Virus record (IMG/VR): IMGVR_UViG_2831345111_000005
Reading direction: 5' to 3' (one strand)
Length of the DNA stretch: 64,000 nucleotides
Origin: an uncultured virus (IMG/VR IMGVR_UViG_2831345111_000005)
Lineage: Duplodnaviria > Heunggongvirae > Uroviricota > Caudoviricetes
Positions 58,718-64,000 of this stretch are shown piece by piece; the stretch's first letter is position 1; every line of letters begins with the position of its first letter. The translations under genes were made by a program, and so were the position numbers. Below the pieces are notes generated by a model. It saw only the letters and a program-made list of their open reading frames with translations. It had not been told where the DNA came from and did no database searches.

Positions 58718-58838
58718 GCTGGTGTGATGGAATCGGTAGACATATGCGGTGGCCACCCGGGCGTCAGAACCGGAGCACGAGCCTTCTCGGGAATCGGAGA
58801 GCCGCAGGCAATTGCGAGTTCGAGCCTCGCCACCAGCG
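58718..58838 (+). ncRNA. tRNA-like RNA (Leu-type D arm) with the anticodon loop replaced by a ~55-nt branched domain
   Basis: GCTGGTG/CACCAGC, TGCGG...CCGCA stem, T arm GCGAGTTCGAGCCTCGC. Confidence 0.7.
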
Positions 58839-58861
58839 CCCCTATAGAGATTGGAGTCGAT

Positions 58862-59140
58862 ATGTCCTACGTCGCCCCCACTGATGAACAGTTGACACGT
58901 TGGCGAGCCATTTATACCAAGCATGCCACGCCCACTTTAGCCCGACAGCGACCAGCCAATAGACGTTATGTGATGACGATGATGCAAAGGGCTGAGCAGC
59001 TGGCTCGTGAGGGGCAAGAGCTCTCCGATATGGACCTGCTCAACATATTTGTTTACTCGGTCAGACCGGGGTTTGTCTATCGGGATGATGAAACAATTGC
59101 TGCCTGTCGCCGCATGATGCGTGAAGCGGCAGAAATTTAA
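58862..59140 (+). CDS. hypothetical protein
   Basis: GGAG RBS before the ATG at 58862. Confidence 0.6.
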   Translation: MSYVAPTDEQLTRWRAIYTKHATPTLARQRPANRRYVMTMMQRAEQLAREGQELSDMDLLNIFVYSVRPGFVYRDDETIAACRRMMREAAEI

Positions 59141-59141
59141 T

Positions 59142-59219
59142 GCCGCGCTGACGGGAATTGGTAAACCTCCTGTCCTTAAAATTCAGGGTCTCCGCGTTCG
59201 AGTCGCGGGCGCGGTACCA
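59142..59219 (+). tRNA. tRNA-Leu(UAA), short variable loop
   Basis: CTTAAAA loop, Leu-type D arm, CCA. Confidence 0.8.
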
Positions 59220-59239
59220 CTTACAAAAAGGAAAAAACG

Positions 59240-59707
59240 ATGTCCTTACTTGATACCATCCAGGCAGCAAGTCTCTCGGCGCGAAAGGCTCGCAATACGG
59301 ACGAAGCTGCGTTACTGACAACCTTATTCGCTGAAGCTGCTCGCGTCGGCAAGGACGACGGCAATCGCGTGTCGACCGATGCTGAAGTTCAGGAAGTTGT
59401 GCGCAAGTTCATCAAGAACAACAACGACACCATCCAAGCTCTCTGGATTCCGGAGAAGATTGACTTGGACGAAGCCCGTGTGGCGCGCCGTACCAAGCTC
59501 CAGCTCGAGCAGGCTGTCCTGATGTCGTTCCTGCCTAAGCAAGCAGCGCCTGAAGAGCTGCAGGCCGCCGTAAGTGAGATTGTGGCCGCGCTGCCGGATA
59601 AGTCCACCAAGCACATGGGGGCTGTGATGGGCCAGCTTAACAAGCGCTTTGGCGCCAACTTCGACAAACGTTTCGCCAGTGAATTGGTGAAGCATGCGCT
59701 TCAGTAA
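59240..59707 (+). CDS. GatB/YqeY domain protein
   Basis: ARKARN..A.LL.TL..E, D.EV..V.RK.IK, E..VL..FLPKQ, MG.VMG.L. Confidence 0.85.
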   Translation: MSLLDTIQAASLSARKARNTDEAALLTTLFAEAARVGKDDGNRVSTDAEVQEVVRKFIKNNNDTIQALWIPEKIDLDEARVARRTKLQLEQAVLMSFLPKQAAPEELQAAVSEIVAALPDKSTKHMGAVMGQLNKRFGANFDKRFASELVKHALQ

Positions 59708-59751
59708 TTGCGGCATGTGTTGCGCTTGTCCAAGGGAGTGAATACGCTATT

Positions 59752-60009
59752 ATGACCAGCAAGATTGACCAACTTCCAGCACTACCTGATGACTCATGGG
59801 GTTACGCCGCGCATAGCTCGAATGAGAATGTCATCCATATTGCATGGAGTGGAAGAGGTGCGGTGTCGATAAACTTCAAGCTGCGCTCCATTGAACTGGG
59901 GTGGTGTGTACCAGGGCCGAATAACCAATCTGAAGCCCACTCCGGTAAGGGTTGGAGTGAGGCTCTTGTGAGAGCGGCTATCAGCAAGCTTCAAGCGGCC
60001 TGGGCGTAA
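59752..60009 (+). CDS. hypothetical protein
   Basis: 85-aa ORF. Confidence 0.5.
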   Translation: MTSKIDQLPALPDDSWGYAAHSSNENVIHIAWSGRGAVSINFKLRSIELGWCVPGPNNQSEAHSGKGWSEALVRAAISKLQAAWA

Positions 60010-60032
60010 CCATCAATGCAATTAAAAAATCT

Positions 60033-60107
60033 CTCCCCGCGCTCCGGAGTGCCCGGCGGCCTTCTAAGCCGTACCGGTTATGAGTTCGAATCTCTACGGG
60101 GAGGCCA
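60033..60107 (+). tRNA. tRNA-Arg(UCU), divergent D arm
   Basis: CTCCCCG/CGGGGAG, CGGC-CTTCTAA-GCCG, GCCA end. Confidence 0.8.
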
Positions 60108-60116
60108 ATCAATACC

Positions 60117-60404
60117 ATGGATTTGACGTATCTTTTAGGCAAGCCTGGCAAACGGGTGAAAATGTCTCCCAACCTAAAAAAGGCACTCAAGGTCAGCGCT
60201 AGGCAGGGGCGTCGGGAAACGGTCTACCGCATGCTGAAAAAGCGTCAGGCCGGACATGTCCCATGTGCGCTTTGTGGCGCCTTGGTGTCAGAAAAGGAAG
60301 CGGCGCTGACTGATTTTGATGCCAAATCCATGGCTTGCGAGTCGGTCGATGGTTTTGTCATCATCCACAAAGCCTGCCCTGGAAATTGTTCAGTACCCTC
60401 GTAG
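60117..60404 (+). CDS. hypothetical protein (CxxC...HxxC)
   Basis: 95 aa; the 3' end overlaps the start of tRNA-Arg(CCU). Confidence 0.5.
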   Translation: MDLTYLLGKPGKRVKMSPNLKKALKVSARQGRRETVYRMLKKRQAGHVPCALCGALVSEKEAALTDFDAKSMACESVDGFVIIHKACPGNCSVPS

Positions 60405-60466
60405 CTCAGCGGAAGAGCGACGGGCTCCTATCCCGTAGGCCGGACGTTCGATTCGTCTCGAGGGTG
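60395..60466 (+). tRNA. tRNA-Arg(CCU), CCA not encoded
   Basis: ACGGG-CTCCTAT-CCCGT. Confidence 0.85.
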
Positions 60467-60772
60467 CCCTCCATAGCAACGGGAGCATATGCTCCCGTAA
60501 TTCATTCGCAATTCGCGATTAGCGATTGCAAACGTACATCGTTACTTCAAAACCAAAACGCATTTCGGTTACTTCAGGCTTGGTCCACATGTTAAGTCTC
60601 CTTAGGAATTAATTGAATGGGAGATGTCCCATCTGTAGGCTTTGAGTGAGGCTATCGCCTGAGGTTCTGCTCCAGCCCTAGAGGGCATCCTGATTCATGC
60701 CTAAAGAAAACCATTAACGTCGTGCTTGCGCGCTATACCTCGTGTGTTTAATTAACTTTACGAGGAAAAATC

Positions 60773-61225
60773 ATGCAAGCATTTATTCAGGAGCTTGACG
60801 CTCAATTTGGGACCGACCAAGCGATGGGCGTGTACTTCGATGTGGAAGGGATGAAGGTGAGCGCTGCGGACTTTGACGCTCGAGCTGACGAATTTCAGGA
60901 TAAGGAATATTTCAGCTGCTTACCTGATGGCTCCAGCGCAACCTGCTGCACCAATTATGCCGTTCAGGTGCGTAATGCCTACCCGGGACGTGTGCAGATA
61001 GTTGGGTTTCACAATGAGAATAACCCGACGTCCCGCGTTGCCATTGAAGGTATTCATCCTGGTGGGCACGACTTTGCGATTCTCGACGACCGCTACCTGA
61101 TTGACCCGTGGATTAAGTTGGTCGCCGCAGATACGGACCAGATAATCTATGACCTGCAGGACCCGGATGATGCCGCAAAAGTAGCAATCAACTATGGCCC
61201 AGCTAGTTGCTGGGAACCTGTTTAA
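60773..61225 (+). CDS. hypothetical protein (possible Cys-His-Asp papain-like fold)
   Basis: CTNYA...GHDFA...LIDPW; GAGGA RBS; terminator after. Confidence 0.6.
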   Translation: MQAFIQELDAQFGTDQAMGVYFDVEGMKVSAADFDARADEFQDKEYFSCLPDGSSATCCTNYAVQVRNAYPGRVQIVGFHNENNPTSRVAIEGIHPGGHDFAILDDRYLIDPWIKLVAADTDQIIYDLQDPDDAAKVAINYGPASCWEPV

Positions 61226-61362
61226 CATTTCTCAAGCCGTCCTTTTTGGGGCGGCTTTTCTTCACTTGACGATTTATCATTTATTGGTATAATCGTGCAA
61301 GTTAAATCCATTCATTCTATACCTTCTAAGGACATATTTTTAACTTAGGAGGAGGTATTATT

Positions 61363-63576
61363 ATGCAATTCGTAAATCTGGAAGTAGGCACCTTGTATTT
61401 GACGTCAGGCTTGCCTGGCGCCGGCAAGTCCACGTGGCTGGGAAGCGGCAACATTTTACCCAGCATGATTCTATCTGCGGATGCAATTCGTGAGTCCGTG
61501 CTTGGCCATAAAATGGTCGGTGGCTTGAAGCATATTTTTCAGGACAGGAATGATGTTGTCTGGTCATTACTGAATCAAATCCTGGAAGTTCGCCTCAAGG
61601 AAAAGCTCACGACGTTCGTGGATGCAACGTTACTCAACGATGCTGAGCGTGAGCCTTTGGTGAAGCTCGCCCAGAAGCATGGCGTGAAAGTGGTAGTGCT
61701 GATTTTTGACCGCCCCTTTGACACGTGTATGGTGCAAAACATTTCCCGGCAAGACCGGGTCTCCGAGTATCGGATGAATGAGATGTCCAAGGAGTTTCAG
61801 CTGGACAGCATGTATCCGTTCGTGCGTGTGCCGGAATTCACGGTGCCTCGGTTGGTGTCTCGCGACCTGCCTGACACCAACTTCGATGTCATCGGGGATG
61901 TTCATGGCCTGCTTGACGACTTGAAGGTGTTGCTGGGCAAGCTCGGGTATTCCCTCGAGTCTGGTGTGCCCGTACATCCGCAGGGCCGTAAGCTGCTTTT
62001 CCTGGGTGACGTCGTTGACCGTGGGCCTCAATCCATTGAGACCTTGAAGTTCGTCCGCCAGGCTATAGCGGTTGGGCACTTGATGGTCGCAGGTAATCAT
62101 GAGCGCAAATTGCTGCAGTTCTGGGATTCACTCCAGACTGGGGCACCTCGCGCAAATTCTCCATCTGCTGCTGAAACGGCCATGGAGTTCATGAAGCTGC
62201 GTGAGGAAGAACAGCAGGCTTTGATTCAGTTTGTCCGAAACCTGCCTGGCTTCTACACTGTGACCGACGGGCCACTCCAGCTTGCGTTTGCGCATGCACC
62301 GCAGACGGCTTTTCATCCTTTCACGATTCTGCATTCTGAATGCCTGTATGGCGGGAATGAGTTGCCGGATTATGGCGATGAGGACGCCGACGGGATGTAT
62401 GCGGAGAGCTATCGCAGCGGCGAATCACGGCACATGCTTATCCATGGGCACATCCCGTTGACGAGTATGCATCATTGCGTGTTCTCACTGGACGCCCACC
62501 AAGCGTTTGCCGGAAACATGCTGGCCTTGCGCCTGGATGGATTCTTGGCTGACTGTCGCGAAAAGATGGCTCAAGAGGCCTTCAATGACAATCTCGTTTC
62601 CCAAAAGTGCGAGTTTGACTTCGACGTACACAGCGCCAAGTTTGAACTGAAGCGTTCGCTGGATAAGCTGAAGACCGCCAAGATGGTGACCGTGCAAACG
62701 GAGCCGTCGGCCGGCCTATCGCTCTACAAGTATTCGAAGCGTGTGTTTTTCGATGCATTGTGGGGTGAGAGCCCTTATCTCCTGAAGGCTCGCGGTATCG
62801 TGCTTGACCTGGCTGGAAACATTGTCGTGCATCCGTTCGACAAGGTGTTTAACTATGGTGAAAACGGTGCCGGTCTCGATATCGCAGACGACCATCCGGT
62901 CTACGCGGTTGAGAAGATGAATGGCTTCCTAGGCTGCATCAGTCGCCATCCTTGGAAGAATGAACTGCTGGTGACGAGCTCCGGGTCATTCGACTCGCCG
63001 TTCGTTGACTACATCAAGTCGTTCATCACGCCGGCATTGAAGGGGCTGCTCCTCTCGTACTTCTCGCGCAACAACGTGACGCTCATGTTCGAGGTTCTGC
63101 ATCCGGAAGACCCGCACATCATCCAGTACCGGCCGCAAGACATGGGCCTTTGGTTGATTGGTGGGCGAGGTAAGGAGCAGGGCGCTGAGCCGATAACGGA
63201 AGATGAGTTGGACGAAATCGGGTTGATGTTGACCGTGAATCGTCCGGAGTGGTTCTACACGTCGTTCGGGCAGCTGAAGGAAAAGGTGGCCACCTCCCGA
63301 CTGGAAGGCTATATGGTTCGGGATGCGAAGTCACACAAGACGCTCTTGAAGTTCAAGACGCCTTATTACCTTGTGACCAAGTTCCTCGGCCGTATGAGCG
63401 ACACCAAGGTACGGCACATGTTCTGTCATCCTAAGGGATTCAAGAAGGACATCGATGAGGAGTTCTACCCGTTGGTCGACCACCTGGTCACCACAACCTC
63501 GGAGACTGACTTCTTGGCGCTGCCGGATACAGAACGTGTAGTCCTGGTGCGAGACGCAATTCAAGCACTGCGCTAA
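61363..63576 (+). CDS. polynucleotide kinase-metallophosphatase-RNA ligase (Rnl1-like) fusion for RNA repair
   Basis: GLPGAGKST + VDAT kinase; GDVHG/GDVVDRG/GNHE/HGH phosphoesterase; ARG..PFDKVFN, EKMNG, FE, EGY, K.K ligase motifs. Confidence 0.9.
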   Translation: MQFVNLEVGTLYLTSGLPGAGKSTWLGSGNILPSMILSADAIRESVLGHKMVGGLKHIFQDRNDVVWSLLNQILEVRLKEKLTTFVDATLLNDAEREPLVKLAQKHGVKVVVLIFDRPFDTCMVQNISRQDRVSEYRMNEMSKEFQLDSMYPFVRVPEFTVPRLVSRDLPDTNFDVIGDVHGLLDDLKVLLGKLGYSLESGVPVHPQGRKLLFLGDVVDRGPQSIETLKFVRQAIAVGHLMVAGNHERKLLQFWDSLQTGAPRANSPSAAETAMEFMKLREEEQQALIQFVRNLPGFYTVTDGPLQLAFAHAPQTAFHPFTILHSECLYGGNELPDYGDEDADGMYAESYRSGESRHMLIHGHIPLTSMHHCVFSLDAHQAFAGNMLALRLDGFLADCREKMAQEAFNDNLVSQKCEFDFDVHSAKFELKRSLDKLKTAKMVTVQTEPSAGLSLYKYSKRVFFDALWGESPYLLKARGIVLDLAGNIVVHPFDKVFNYGENGAGLDIADDHPVYAVEKMNGFLGCISRHPWKNELLVTSSGSFDSPFVDYIKSFITPALKGLLLSYFSRNNVTLMFEVLHPEDPHIIQYRPQDMGLWLIGGRGKEQGAEPITEDELDEIGLMLTVNRPEWFYTSFGQLKEKVATSRLEGYMVRDAKSHKTLLKFKTPYYLVTKFLGRMSDTKVRHMFCHPKGFKKDIDEEFYPLVDHLVTTTSETDFLALPDTERVVLVRDAIQALR

Positions 63577-63643
63577 GCAATAACGCTATACCCTCATGCC
63601 CCGCACATTTGTGTGGGGCGTTTTTCCATCCAAGGAGTACATC

Positions 63644-64000
63644 ATGAAATTAACGCTGGAGATTCGCGCCGCCGAGGGCGGTGAAGATGCCAAGCTCCTG
63701 GTTCATGACCAGGCAGCCATTTATCAACGCTATGCCGCACGTAACGGCATCAAGGCGTCTGTGGAGACACGGGGCCACCTTTGACCTGGTAACTCTCGAG
63801 GGACCAGCAGAAATTCTTGCCATCCTGCGCAATGAGGCCGGCGGCCATCGCTGGCAACGCGTACCTCCGACCGAACGCAAGGGCAGGATGCAAACCAGTA
63901 CCGTCACCGTTGCCGTAATGGAGGGTGAAAAATACGCTCCTTTACAGCTGAATGTGAACGATATCCAGGAGAGAGTAACAAAGGGGACTGGTCCAGGCGG
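63644..64000 (+). CDS. class I peptide chain release factor homologue (RF1-type PxT, lacking domain 1) with a programmed +1 frameshift at 63779-63785; truncated by the window end
   Basis: LEIRAAEGGEDA in frame 0; after CTT-TGA-C the +1 frame gives NEAGGHRWQRVPPTERKGRMQTSTVTVAV...KGTGPGG. Confidence 0.85.

Noticed and set aside
43047..58838. Group I/II introns in tRNAs
   Set aside because: The inserts are too short (about 45-110 nt) and lack intron core motifs.
42072..60595. Many short ORF-track entries overlapping tRNAs and ncRNAs (e.g. 42144-42746, 47795-48079, 52932-53276)
   Set aside because: They are translations of RNA genes.
1..64000. CRISPR array, integrase, transposase, reverse transcriptase or virion genes
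   Set aside because: No regularly spaced repeats or diagnostic protein motifs were seen in this window.

Overview
This window looks like part of a large extrachromosomal or integrative element, either a conjugative megaplasmid/ICE or a jumbo-phage-like replicon. It has a type IV coupling protein but no recognisable virion genes, and the gene content suggests a betaproteobacterial host (inference). Positions 1-41 kb carry DNA and nucleotide metabolism genes (rdgC, tmk, dNMP kinase, class II RNR, thyA, RNase HI, parE/parC) and a macrodomain gene next to a SLOG-NADAR-DUF4326-like fusion. The same stretch has ArdC-like and PcfJ-like genes, smpB beside a circularly permuted two-piece tmRNA, cheW and an Aer-like MCP, a Ter/TelA stress cluster, a PspA-DUF2491 module, a MazEF-type TA pair and a TraD/TrwB-like ATPase. 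Positions 41.4-60.5 kb form a translation island of about 41 tRNA genes covering all 20 amino acids, interleaved with many structured ncRNAs. These include a GOLLD-like RNA with an embedded tRNA-like module and tRNA mimics whose anticodon arm is replaced by larger domains. There are also three paralogous GGAGTAG...TGAAACAGTTT RNAs, RNAs closed by 14-21 bp stems, and an RNA that reproduces the 23S rRNA L11-binding (H43/H44) site split by a ~230-nt insert. The window ends with a PNKP-RNA ligase and an N-terminally short, RF1-type (PxT) release factor gene that needs an RF2-style CTT-TGA-C +1 frameshift. All calls were made by eye from motifs and base pairing; no database searches were run.
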